Below, in pieces: positions 40,401-52,569 of a DNA stretch of 64,000 bases. The translations under genes and the position numbers were made by a program. The first letter of the stretch is position 1. Each line of letters begins with the position of its first letter. The notes below the pieces were generated by a model that had not been told where the DNA came from, made no database searches, and saw only the letters and a list, made by a program, of their open reading frames with translations. The DNA comes from Lingula anatina. Its lineage: Eukaryota; Animalia; Brachiopoda. The DNA is taken from contig CM120642.1 of NCBI GenBank assembly GCA_051362555.1, positions 25,792,001 through 25,856,000 on the forward strand, given 5' to 3'.

Positions 40401-43400
40401 GGTAAAGAAGTTGTTTTTAAATTCATTTAGGTAATGAGGAAGCTTTTGCAGGTTGATTCTGTATATTTATATAGATGAACAGGTAAGTAACCCACTAATA
40501 AATGGATGGTGGGTTAAAAATTAGATGATAAGATTTGAACTGATTTTGAGGCAAATGATATTGTCTGATGTAGCATGTTTAATTTGGGACATCAGAGACA
40601 ATTTGAAGTTATCAGCAGTCATTTTAGGACAATGCTGATACAAACATAATGAAACCAAGTTATAAATATTAATACTGCTGAATTATCATGCCCTAGGATT
40701 TGTTAGATTTTAAATAGTAGCTTCTCTTTCGTAGTTTGTGATTCTTTATTTTAGTTTTCATTTTATTTATTTATTAGCATGGTCTATAATTGTGTACATT
40801 TTTAATTTTTGCATTTTCTTGAATTCTTGTTCATTGCAATACTGTCTCATAGAATGCTTACACCCATTTTCATACCATATGTGTCATATTCATCCCCACA
40901 GGACATATTTCTCTACATAATATCTGTCTCCAATTGATCTGAAAGTTTCATCTTAACACAGACCAATAAAAATTAATCATTTGTCATCATGGGAATGTGA
41001 AAGTGTCATTGTTTTGACATGTTATGTGTAACTTGCACTGACATGTCACTGACATCCATGTCATTGATGTTTGGAATGCTTGACATTTTCATTACTGTCA
41101 TGCCACAGCTATTATGTTCTGCAGGGTTAACGATATCCAGGTATTAAATGTCTCCTACTCTTAAAAAGAGACAAACTTCTCACCCCTTTAAATAAAATGC
41201 ACTCTGTTACCCATAAGCCAACTGGACATAGTTGAGCCATAAATGCTGAACAAAATGCGTGTTTGAGATGGGTTTCAAGTTTGATAAAAGAATGAAAACG
41301 GGGATTTTAGGGAGGCAGGTGCACTGCCTTGCCGTCTTGTCAGTGGTGTGGAGACCCTTCATACTTTACTTACTGTGACATGGAATGTTTGCTGTGTGGC
41401 CCCATTGTTATATTTGATAATAACTGCACTGAAAAGTGTTCTGTGTATGTATGTGTGTGTGTGTGTGTTGACACTGTCTATATATATATTATATTTAAAT
41501 CTTTCTTACTCTGTATATACGAGCATGCATGAGGCAGTTGACTACTAGGACAAAGACGGTGTTCAGTTTGATCATGTGAAATAGCTGCTATGATGGTGTC
41601 AACATCATTTTGCTTGAGTCCATTCTTGGACTTTCTTTTTAGCTTTCATGAAATAAGTGATTGATTTTTTTTTATGTTCAACAAAATTCCATTACCTCAG
41701 CATGAGATTTAGAACATTTATTAAAAAAGAAAACATTGCATAAATGACATAGAAATACAGCTATTGGTCATGTATTATATATAGCTAATTCCCCTCCATG
41801 ACAATTTTTTCTGTCCACAGCCCTTTCAACTTCCCATATCCAATTATTAATAGGAAGAAAATTGACGTAATTACCATGTCTCTTTTTTAAGCCATATTGG
41901 CTGGGATCAGCTTGACAACTTGACAGTTGTATGGAGGGGGGGTCTGTAAATTTCCCCGTACTGAACACCGTTTTTGTTGTCGTGGGTGATTGTATTAGCA
42001 GCACAGTTTGCATGTTGTGGTAGATATATTACTTTCTGAAACTTAACATTTTGACGTGTATGGCGTGCAGTGCAATCGTAATCCACTTGCTGAACTCCCT
42101 GAATGCAATTTCCGGTAGAATAGTTCTTGTAGATTATTGATTGAGTTTTCACCAAGTGTAAGTCTAGACCAATTATCAGTAATTGAACATTTGCATTTGT
42201 CTTGATTTAATGACCAGAAGTAATGAGAAAATTGTCAGCAGTGAGATAACCAATATTTTCTATTATTTTTTCTCTGGAGTGAAAAATTCTTACTTTTTGT
42301 TTAATTTACATTTACATTTGAGAAAAATTATGATTTTTGCAATGAACTATTTTCTTAAAAATTTAATTGTCTTTTAAATGATAATTCCCTTGAATGATAA
42401 TCACACTGTAGTTTAACGAAATTGCACTGGGATGCATGGGTCGCTTATTACAATTGCTTACGCCTGAAGCTTAGTATGTGTTTGTCTGACATCCAACTGT
42501 AGCGCTAAAACAGGCCAAACAGCACCAGACCTTTATCCAGAGTGTGGAAGGACACAGCAAGAATAACCTGCGCCATGCTGAAACCCTGGAGAAAAATTCC
42601 CTGCCCGATCCTACCAGTAAGTATCCCAGCATGCTTTGCATGGTAACCCCTCATCACATGTTCGTACAACTGAATGGCTTTGTTTCAAACAGTCAAGTGT
42701 GTTGTACTTAAATTTTGTGGGTGGTGTTGTGAGTTTTAAGATTTGAAGCCGTCATTCAGATTTGACAACAGATTGTGTATTTGGGCTAGATGTCAAATCT
42801 TAAATTTGGTATTAATTTGAGATTCAAACCATACATATCTCCGAAAATAATTTTCAATTTATGTGAACCTGGTCTGGTTCATTATCTGTCTAGAAAAAAA
42901 TTCAGAAAATCCCCACACTATTATTGCCTTGTCTCAACATGTATCTGGTTTGTTTTCTTTTAATCGAATTGGTTATTTAGAAAGCAAAGCATCGTGTTGA
43001 TTGCATTTCTTTGACGAAAAAAAATGTGATGAGGGGTGGCCAGTGTTATATCGCCCTTAGAGGTTCTTTATGAAGCTATTTGCATGAAGGTCTGAACAAA
43101 GGCATGTCTGACATAACATTGCTCATTCCTTGGCAACTGTCGTCACCTCTGCAATCTGCATTAGACATTAACTGAAAACTAAAACTCTTCCGTGATTTTT
43201 ATGCACGTTTTATGTGCATTGTCTTCCAAGCCAAAGGAAATTGTTGTCATTGTACGAGTTTTCACTTTTCAATTGTCAGTGATGCCTTATCAGGATGCGT
43301 TGCTTGCTGGCTTGCTTGCTATGTTTACCTTTAGATGTTATTTGTTTTATCTACGTCTATCTTTCTTTCAATTTTGTACAAGGAAGTTTTTTAATGTGAA

Positions 43401-45452
43401 TGTGCCACCGGAGCTGCTTTTATGAATTCTGTTGGTGTTGTGACAATTATGATATTCATGCTTTTCAGGCTCACTTTGGTTCAGTTCTATGCATTTTGTT
43501 GCATAATTTATTGAATAATGCATCACAGCTTTAAATGGAGTATTAACTGGTGGAATAGTTGGATGAATGAGGTTAAACATCTGAACACATATTACCAAGA
43601 GTTTCCCAGACAATCACCATAATAATATAACTTCACTATTTATACAGATGCAGGCCTCATCAATATTGTATATAAAACCATAATATGAAACCCAACCAGA
43701 GCAGAGTGTACTTATGTAAGCAATGGCTATTATTTAAAGAAAGTAACTTTACACAATGACCATAATCTTTTGAATTTAGAAAACTGCTGTTTGCAACATT
43801 CAGGTCAACCATAAACAAAAAGTTACGATAATATTATAATGATATATGCCATTGCAAAAGGGGAAAAACTGGGACCTTTCATATTCACTTCAGCCAAAAT
43901 TATTTTCCATTTTTTTAGCTAGTTATTTACTCTGTCTGTTCAACATGCTACCTGTTCACCGCATGTTCCTAAAACACGAAGGCGTAACTAGCTATTGCCT
44001 GACATGCACTGGAAGCAAGGCAGAGATGAAAAGAATATTTGCCAAACATGCCATGCCATTCTGTCAGTTCTGCCATGACGTAAATTGAGATTGTTCTGAA
44101 CAACATATTTGAAATGAAAATTGCCCAATTTGCTAAATTGTTTCACAAAAACTGTTATTGTAAATGGCTGCTGGAAACATGAAGAAAGTGGAAAAGAAAT
44201 GGCTATTTTTGGCTATCTTTTAGATTATCATGAAATACTAATGCCTTTTGATGGTAAAGTTTTTAACAATTTCCTCAAACAATAGTACATGATGCTGTAT
44301 GCAAATAAGACAAAGCCATCATTTGCAAATTAACCAAGGACTCAAACAAAGGCATCTTCATTTCACTTATTTATTTTATCTCATTGGAACCAAGTAACTC
44401 AATTTCTTTAACATGGATATGAGGCATAAAGGTAGCAATGACATTTAAAACACTTCAACCATCACAGCTTTCTTCTATCAGCATTGACAATAAGCTGCAA
44501 CATGTCAAATATGCAACAACGTGTCAATTTTTTTCTGCTTCCTGGCAAATTTGAGAAAATGATAGAATTGTTGTCATAATGGTAAGTTGCATTTAAAAAA
44601 AAAGCAGACTTCAATTCTCACTTTTAGCCTCAGTCAATCAAATACAAAGCAGAACAGTTCCCAGAAATAAAACAATTAAAAAATATATATGAAAGTATAA
44701 TGCAGGAGGAGTCGTGGGAATTGAAATCAATAAGAGTTGAGAGTGAAGGAAATTTAATTTCCCACCTACACAAAAATGATGTCAATATTCACATTTGATC
44801 TCTTGTCATCTCTGCCAAACTGTTTTTCCTCAAGGTAACATTTCAAACCCTTGCCAATCTCTTCAGCCTATTTGGCAGAGATTGAAGCGTTTTGTCTGGC
44901 AGATTTGGAGGCATTTCCATGTTTGGAACTACTTAAGCTTGTTCACCACAGGGAAGACTGCCTTCAAGCAGTGGAAAGTGTTAACCACTTCGATGATGTT
45001 TATTAGGAAGGTCAGTGAAGCTCTCTATAAGGCTGGCCACATAGCTGCAGTAATTCTTCATCTAGGAGTCTGGATGGACCCAGCCATGACATGGGGATTG
45101 AAGTGTTCCAGACACTGGGACCGGCATGATCTCCAGACAGAAAAAGCCAAGTTGAAGCCTTTCTGAAACAATGATAGCATGAATTATTCTGTGTTTCTTA
45201 AAATAAACATTTAGTTGTGTTGTTATTTAAATTGTTGTTGTTCTTTTTCTTCTTCTGCTGTTTGCTGCTGTATGTATTATAGTTTTGATCTTTACTATCA
45301 GTTCTTCTTAGTAACTTGTCTCTTGTTCTCTTACTAACTCTACATGTATATAGATTGTATTATGAGAATTATTGTACTATGTACACATTTTTGATAAATG
45401 TTTCCTAATCCTAAAGCCAATTTTTTCTGTGATTTTATATATCCCCCCCCCC

Positions 45453-45486
<34 letters not shown>

Positions 45487-48438
45487 TCTTGTCTTTTTCT
45501 TAATGAATTGAGAACAGGTATTCTACACTGGCTTTGCTCTTGATTCTGCGAAGTGTCCCATTACTTAATACAGCAGTCTTAGATTTCTGTTTCTACTTTC
45601 TCTCCCATCTGAGGTATTAAGTAGGATCCTTTTGGACTTTCCATTAATAAAACTATCATGATTGATGTGATGTGTTTAAACATTGGTTCAATTCATTACT
45701 TTACGCAGAAACCTTCGTGAGTATGTATTGGAGAAGCTGTCAATTCTTGTACGAGTTTTGTTGGAACCTGCTATGGAACTTACTCACTGAGGCATGTGTG
45801 ACACATTAGGACATGCAAAATAAAGAACTGAAGCATCCTGTATTATCTTTTATTTTCTGGTTACTTCCCCAGGCATTGAGGCAGAGAAGAAGGAAGTAGA
45901 ACTGAGGCAGGGCATTGAGAGCTTCAACAGAGAGTCCATGCACCACACTGAGACTGAAGTGAAGAACCCCCTGCCAGATCCTGATGGTATGATTGTTTTT
46001 GGGACCTTTCCCAGACCCTATCGTACTAACTGTGGATCGATTTATCTCCAAGAGGATTGTAGCTAAATTGCAATCAACTTAGATGTCTGTCATACCTACT
46101 GCTAGGGGGTAATTAATTATCATTTAACACCTTCAGTAGGCGTGCAAGACATCTAAGCTGCTAAAGTTGATTGCAATTTAGCAAGAAACCCCTTGGAGAT
46201 GTAGATCGATGTAGGTATGGAAACCCAGTCTTTTATTTTCTTTCTGTTATGTCTAATAATTATTCATTAATTACAGGCCTATTCCAATCTTCATTTTTGT
46301 AAGAATCCATTGTTAAAAAAGGAAAGAAAAAAGTTTCATATGTAAACGTAATTTACCTTTTAGAACTTTTTTATAATCTTTTTGATATTATGACAAAAGA
46401 TTACTTATGGATAAATAATTTTGTTAGTAATTAAAAAAAACATTACACTGTTGTACAATAATACATTTTAAAATATACTGAATTGTGTATGAAACAACTG
46501 CACATATATTACAGGTAACGTAGGGACATGAATTATTTTTTAAAAAGTCACCTATTTAGTTTTTAAGGACTGGATGAAAAAGTCAACCAACAGCCATTGG
46601 TCTATTTCAACTGTTAAAAGTTAATCCAATAAGTTAAAATGCAGTGCATTATATTTTTGTAAGTGGGTGTATTGATTAGAATTTTATAACAAAATACAAT
46701 GCATCATATTCATCAAGTCTTAATTGTCTTATAAATTCATGTTAACAGCCATCGCCACTGAGAAGCGTGAAAGCGAATTGCGATCTGGCATAGAACAGTT
46801 CTCCAAGGACACACTCAGCCACACCGACACTGTGGAGAAGAACCCATTGCCAGATAAAGATAGTAAGTACATCAGTTTTGTATTATTGTTTATTCTTATT
46901 CTTCTGCATTTATTAATTGTTTTAGTTTTAAATAAATAACTGTTGGGTATTGGTTTATCACCTTTGATGTTCGGGAAAGGAGTAAGTAAAAAACCAGGAC
47001 ACTTTATTAAATACTTGAAAATGACATCACCTATGGTCCTTTGGATGTAAACCAAAGTTGCAATATTATATTTGAGTTCATTTCTTCAGTATTCAGTTTT
47101 GTATTTTGACCTGAATAAAAGGTGTTTGTCATTGCGTCCCATAAATTCATTGTACAAGTGTATAATAACCATAAAATGTTAAGGAGTAGCTTTGAAATTT
47201 TTGTTTGTGAGTTATAGCCTAACTGGTTTTACAAGTGAAACCCCTTCAACTGTTTTATTTTTGTAGCTTCTGTATATGTCTGAGCTCAGCCTTGGTTTCT
47301 TTTTGGAATGCTTCAGAGCCTTTGTGAGCTTTGACAGCTATTTCGCTTGCTTTTTCACAGAGAGGCTTTTCTACATACGTGTCGTCCAAGACATTTAGTT
47401 AAGATAATACAGAAGATAGGTCCCTTAATGACCAGCGTTAAAAAATCCCCCTATAAATACTTTGTTTTGGCCATTTTCACTTCAATCAAACATCAGGAAA
47501 TAGTAATTTGATTACTTTTACAGTATGAAATGTTTCTGTGGGCGTAAGTGCTGCAGGCTTTATTACAGGAGAAGGAAAACTGCAGTATATGGTCTTTTCA
47601 GGCTCTGTAATGATAAATAATTATTCACTAAGTTCTGAAATTGGTCAGATCAGATAACTGAATATGATCAGATCAGATAATGGAATTATTTGATACCCTG
47701 ATATCCTTATATTATTTCTTTCACTGAATCTGTACTGTTATGAAAGGGGATATTGCTTTTAGTAATGGGAGAAATCCATTCTCTTGGCTATATTTGAAGT
47801 ATCATTTTGAGTGATTTTTTTTTTCGGAAGTAAAACAATGCATGGCAATGTGGACTAGGAATCCTCGTTATGATCAAAACATATTTGTTTTGTAATTAAC
47901 CTAGATATGGGATAGTATATATCCCACTGAATGATTGACCTAACCACCTCCACCCACGCACACACCCACCACTTCTGTAGCACTATTACAAATACATCCT
48001 AGGACATCCCAGAATTGGTTGCTACAGTAGATCCAGACAATAAGGCTTGATGATAGCAGTCGCAGAGTAGGAATTATTTGTTCTCTGAAGTGATTTATAT
48101 AATGGATTTAGAGATGGAATTGAACATTAGAGCTAATTTATGACAAACGTTTAGTGTTTCATGAAATCAAGAGGTACTGTGTCCACTGTAGCAGAATGCT
48201 CTGTAACAAGGCAATTTATTTATGTGTATTAAACTCTGTACCCATAGCATAGCACACCCTCTACTTTTATTGTTTAAATGGAGGTACACAGGATATTAGA
48301 TTGATATGACCTATAGTGAGACAGACTGGAGATGGGATCTGATATCTGCTTGTTACCAATACCCAAAATTCTTAACTCTGCTCTCCAGAATAGTCACTGA
48401 GATGCGTATTTTCAAATTCCTTATCCATCCTATTTTCA

Positions 48439-48490
<52 letters not shown>

Positions 48491-49925
48491 GGGGGTCTGT
48501 CTGTCTGTCTGTTTGTCTTTCTGTCTGACCATTCCTGGAATCTGAAATACATATTCCAGAGGATGTTTTTGGCATGTTCCAACTCTTATTGTTGCTATCT
48601 AGCAATATTTGTTACCAAATGATTTGATGTGTAGTATATATACATATGCAGTATATATATATCATCAATAGAGGTATATTGTAACTAACATTAACATCAG
48701 TGAAAACACCTATCTGTAGCATACATGTTGAAATTCTGTTTCTGGCAGGTTTGAATCAATGCTTTATGGATGTGGCAACCAGGCCTATTTTGTGTAAAAA
48801 AAAAAAAAAAAAAAACATTTTTATTTGCAACATTGAAAGGAGAGGAACAAAACAATCCTGGAACTGGAATGATTTCTTGCATCTTGTGTACTAACCTGGA
48901 GAGCAAGTTTCTTCTAACAGTGCTCTCTTTAACTACTTTACATGCTCACTAACTCTGTTTCCTTTAGCTCTGAAATCTGAAAAGCAGCATCAGGGCTTGA
49001 TCGATGAGGTTGAGCATTTCAGCAAACAAGGATTGCATCACACTGATGCTAACGTCAAGAATCCTCTGCCTGATGCTGAAGGTAAACAAGGCACCAAGAT
49101 GCGGTTGGCTTGCTGTGTGCAAAGACTACATTCGCCCTTTGTTTTACCCTTATTGTTGATGATTTGTAGATTAATTTCATGCTGATTGTAGTATTTGCTG
49201 TTATTTGTCATTATTGTTTTCATAATTCTTTATCTTTGTGTGTGATGTGATATGTATGATTATACAAAGCTTAAGAATTTTGATTTGCTTTATTTTTAGT
49301 TATTAATTATTGATTATTTTTATTATTAATCTTATTACTAACAAAAAAGAGCATGTTTTCTTAAATCTTAGTTCAGTGTCTAAAAACTATGTTCTTTATT
49401 ATTTGGTCTGAGTCAGTATATTTTATTTGTTTGATTATTTTCAAACTTAATTTCATGATTATACATGTGATTGTTTGTAATAAATATGTTGATTGGTCGA
49501 AAGATATGACTTTAAAGCTATCAAAACATAGTTTCTCACAATGTACTGTAAGACTACATTGTATGTTTATTGCTTCAAAAATAAGTTGAAGCTCTGCGAT
49601 ATTTTCTAAAACCTACTAAACCACGAAATGAAAACAGCAATTAATGTTGATCAATTATGCTTTCTCCTTTGGCGTTTTTGATGTGCTCACTGAAAATAAA
49701 ATTTGAATAGAAATAAGAATGATTTTTTCTAATCATCTAAATGGTACACAGCTGGTTTTGACTATTTGATAAAATCATTAGCACATAATTTTTGCTGTTG
49801 TTTCCTAATTGTTGGAATGCTGCATTGATAACGCTTGCAAGGTTTATCCATGAATTTTATGGATACTAATAATTTAAACTTTCAGAGAAATTGTGTATAT
49901 GTATTTAAAACATGGCTTCAGCATT

Positions 49926-49995
<70 letters not shown>

Positions 49996-50672
49996 GGTTT
50001 GAGATATGTTTGTGTAATTGTCTTGAAGTTCAAAATTGTCAGTCTTTCAAAATTTGTTTAGATATTCTACTGAGGAAAAAGATGGATATTTCACTTGGTA
50101 TATTAATGAATTTCTATTGATATTGAAGCATTAAATTTTTTATGACTCTTTGTTTTCTTCTTTTTAGCCATTCAGAAGGAGAAGGTAGAACGTCAGCGTC
50201 TTTCATCTATTGAGACTTTTGATAAGTCCAACCTCCAGCACGCCGAGACTGCCGAGAAGAACCCTCTGCCAGATCAAAAAAGTGAGTATAATTGTCTGAA
50301 AGTGAAACTTCCTCTCTCAGGCTTTTTTAAATTGTCTTTTGACTGTGAAAATGGTACTTGGTTTTTGCAGTTTACCATATAGTAGTCCAAGAAATTTAGC
50401 TATATAATCACAATTAATACGGTGAACATAGTGGAGCAAAAGCAATGCATCCAAGAACATTTTAACAATTAATCATCAGTGGATTAGAGAGCACAGTCAA
50501 GGAAAATGTCACTATTTTTACAATAAAGTAAATATCAATTCATCTTCATTTAATGTCAGGATAGAGAATGTTGTTATATTGTTATCAGCTTTCATTTTGT
50601 ATGACAAAGAAATTTTTGAATGTGCAACTCTGCCTTCTTTCAGCTATTGAAGCCGAGAAGGCAGCCTCCTAG
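31442..50672 (+). CDS. Multi-repeat beta-thymosin (ciboulot/tetrathymosin/thypedin-like), 7 repeats, 273 aa
   Basis: Exons 31442-31550, 39367-39480, 42503-42616, 45873-45986, 46749-46862, 48968-49081, 50168-50281, 50644-50672. The six internal exons are each exactly 114 nt and phase 1-1. Repeats include FDHSQLKHTETEEKNPLPTKE, FNRESMHHTETEVKNPLPDPD and FDKSNLQHAETAEKNPLPDQK; the protein ends TIEAEKAAS*. Confidence 0.93.
33287..33507. mobile_element. Palindromic MITE, PIF/Harbinger-like
   Basis: Almost the whole 221 bp is self-complementary (agagcattcacatcgagaagag... / ...ctcttctcgatgtgaatggtctct), with a 3-bp ATG duplication on both flanks. Confidence 0.8.
44867..45006 (+). CDS. Candidate alternative terminal (or poison) exon of the multi-thymosin gene
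   Basis: Acceptor atctcttcag at 44866; the phase-1 frame is open: xYLAEIEAFCLADLEAFPCLELLKLVHHREDCLQAVESVNHFDDVY*. A donor AAG|GTCAGT follows at 45011 and AATAAA at 45202. Confidence 0.5.
46036..46210. repeat. Intronic inverted repeat/hairpin 50 nt downstream of thymosin exon 4
   Basis: gctaaattgcaatcaactt/aagttgattgcaatttagc (19 bp perfect), atctccaag/cttggagat, cttagatgtct/agacatctaag and cctactg/cagtagg. Confidence 0.85.
48443..48527. repeat. Compound microsatellite (TG)n-(G)n-(TCTG)n
   Basis: Read directly from the sequence. Confidence 0.9.
49930..49991. repeat. (TA)n microsatellite
   Basis: About 30 TA units; shorter (TA)n tracts at about 2646-2670 and 29690-29714. Confidence 0.95.
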
Positions 50673-52569
50673 ACATCCAGTGAAAGGAGACTCAACAGCG
50701 TCCTGTGCCTGGAAACTCTAAAAGGACATTGTGACATTATAACTATATGACTATAAGAAAGCAGGGAGGCTAAATAAAAAAAGAACTCTTTCTTCACTTA
50801 ATTAACACATGGATGGTTTTACGTTAGAGGAGATTTCAAGATTTTGACTGTGAAAATCAACTGGCAGGTTTTTCAACTGCGTATGGTGAAAATACTGTTG
50901 GTTTCTTTTACCTTCATTTGAGATTGCAACAAGCAAGTTATTGCCATTAAGTAGGAAATCTATGAAATCTAAAAAAAAAAGACAAAATACTGATAATCTT
51001 TTCGAATTGTTTACCTGCTATCCAAAGATGAAACTGATCAACTGTTAAAGGTATTTTTCAATTTGTAATCCCTTCATTCTGTGGTATTTAGATTAACTAC
51101 AAACTATGCAGGTTCTACTATAGTGTGATGTTGATTTTGCAGATTTTACTGAAAAAAAAAGAGTGTAAAATAAGATCTTTTCTATATTTGCCGTTCCCAT
51201 TGTTGCTGTACAAAAATTAGGGTTTGTTTGCTTTGGTTGTTCAGTTTATTATGTAGCACAAATGTTATGTTCAACTATTTTTTGGGGTCATTAAATCCAG
51301 AAGCCATGGACTCCACATTCTAAGGTGAAATTTGTTCAAATTGAGAACAGCTCCTAGGCATTCCTGTCCATGATTATATTGATAAAAGAAAGGTATTAGA
51401 AGCCAAAATGTGATAAATTTGTGAATTTGAAACCAAAGCTAAATTTCATACTTTTATACCTCCCTTATGAAACGCTTGAACAATGCCAAATGTGAAATGA
51501 CCGCAAGACCACAACGGTCACTCGATCAGTGCTGTTTTGGCCAGCTTTGTCCATGCACTTGTTCAGTATTTAAAGGACAGTGGGCATTGGTCATTCTTTG
51601 GTCAGTTTGAGCCAGGTGCAGATTAGTGGACAGTCTCCCTGCTTCAGTTCTTTTATGATGTATTTGGCTACTACATATAACCTACTTATTGATAATCATT
51701 TATGAAAAGTTAAGAAAAAAATTATACATGTATCTGTATAAAACTTAGGTTTTGTATGCCACTAATATAGGTGCTTGGTGAGGTCTATTATGGTATAATA
51801 ATGCATGCTGTAGAAACATTGTAATCTTAGCTTAAATTTGTTACTGAATTGTTTGTTACTTATTCAGTCTGTTAGCATTCACAGGAATTCCATACACTTC
51901 TCGATGCCATTCCAAAAAGTAAGCAGACATGATAATACCATTCCAGGCCCACATAGTTGTATATGACAATAACAAGGGAACATAATTGCAGAATTCCAGT
52001 CATCAGTTGGTTTATATTGTTGGTCTTTTAGATGTTGTTGTTGAAAAGTGGTATTCCTATTTTTGCCATGAGGATTGAATACATTTTGGTTGGTTGAAAG
52101 TTGTTTGGTGCTAATGGTACAGCATGATGATATAGGTTTAAAAATTGCTTACCACATTTTTTGTCTTTTGTCCATTTTTGCTCTTGTAACTGATGGTGTA
52201 ATTGAGATATTGTTTTGATTTTCAGAAGATGTTTCTTATTATTGAAGTTGATCTTTTCCTCATTAAAATTTACACCTTTGTAAATTTTTAATTTTCAAGA
52301 TGTCTGAAATTTTGATACCCACTGATGATGCCATATGGCATCCAGCTTAGACGTTAAATATTTAGACTAAATGATAAAGTGCTTTATTTAGTGCCTAGTA
52401 ACTTTTTATTGTTTATGTATTAGATTAATATGCTTAACTAATATAAATATTCTATAAAGTGGTTGGAATAATATTAAAGCTGAGACCCATGGATATACTA
52501 TCCAGTACACAGACAATGTTAAAATGATATCACATCACATTTCATTTTGTAAGTTTTTAAAAAGAAGAA

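Noticed and set aside
44795-45166. 123-aa ORF from the track
   Set aside because: Non-ATG start and no recognisable features; a different frame (phase 1 from 44867) is the plausible one.
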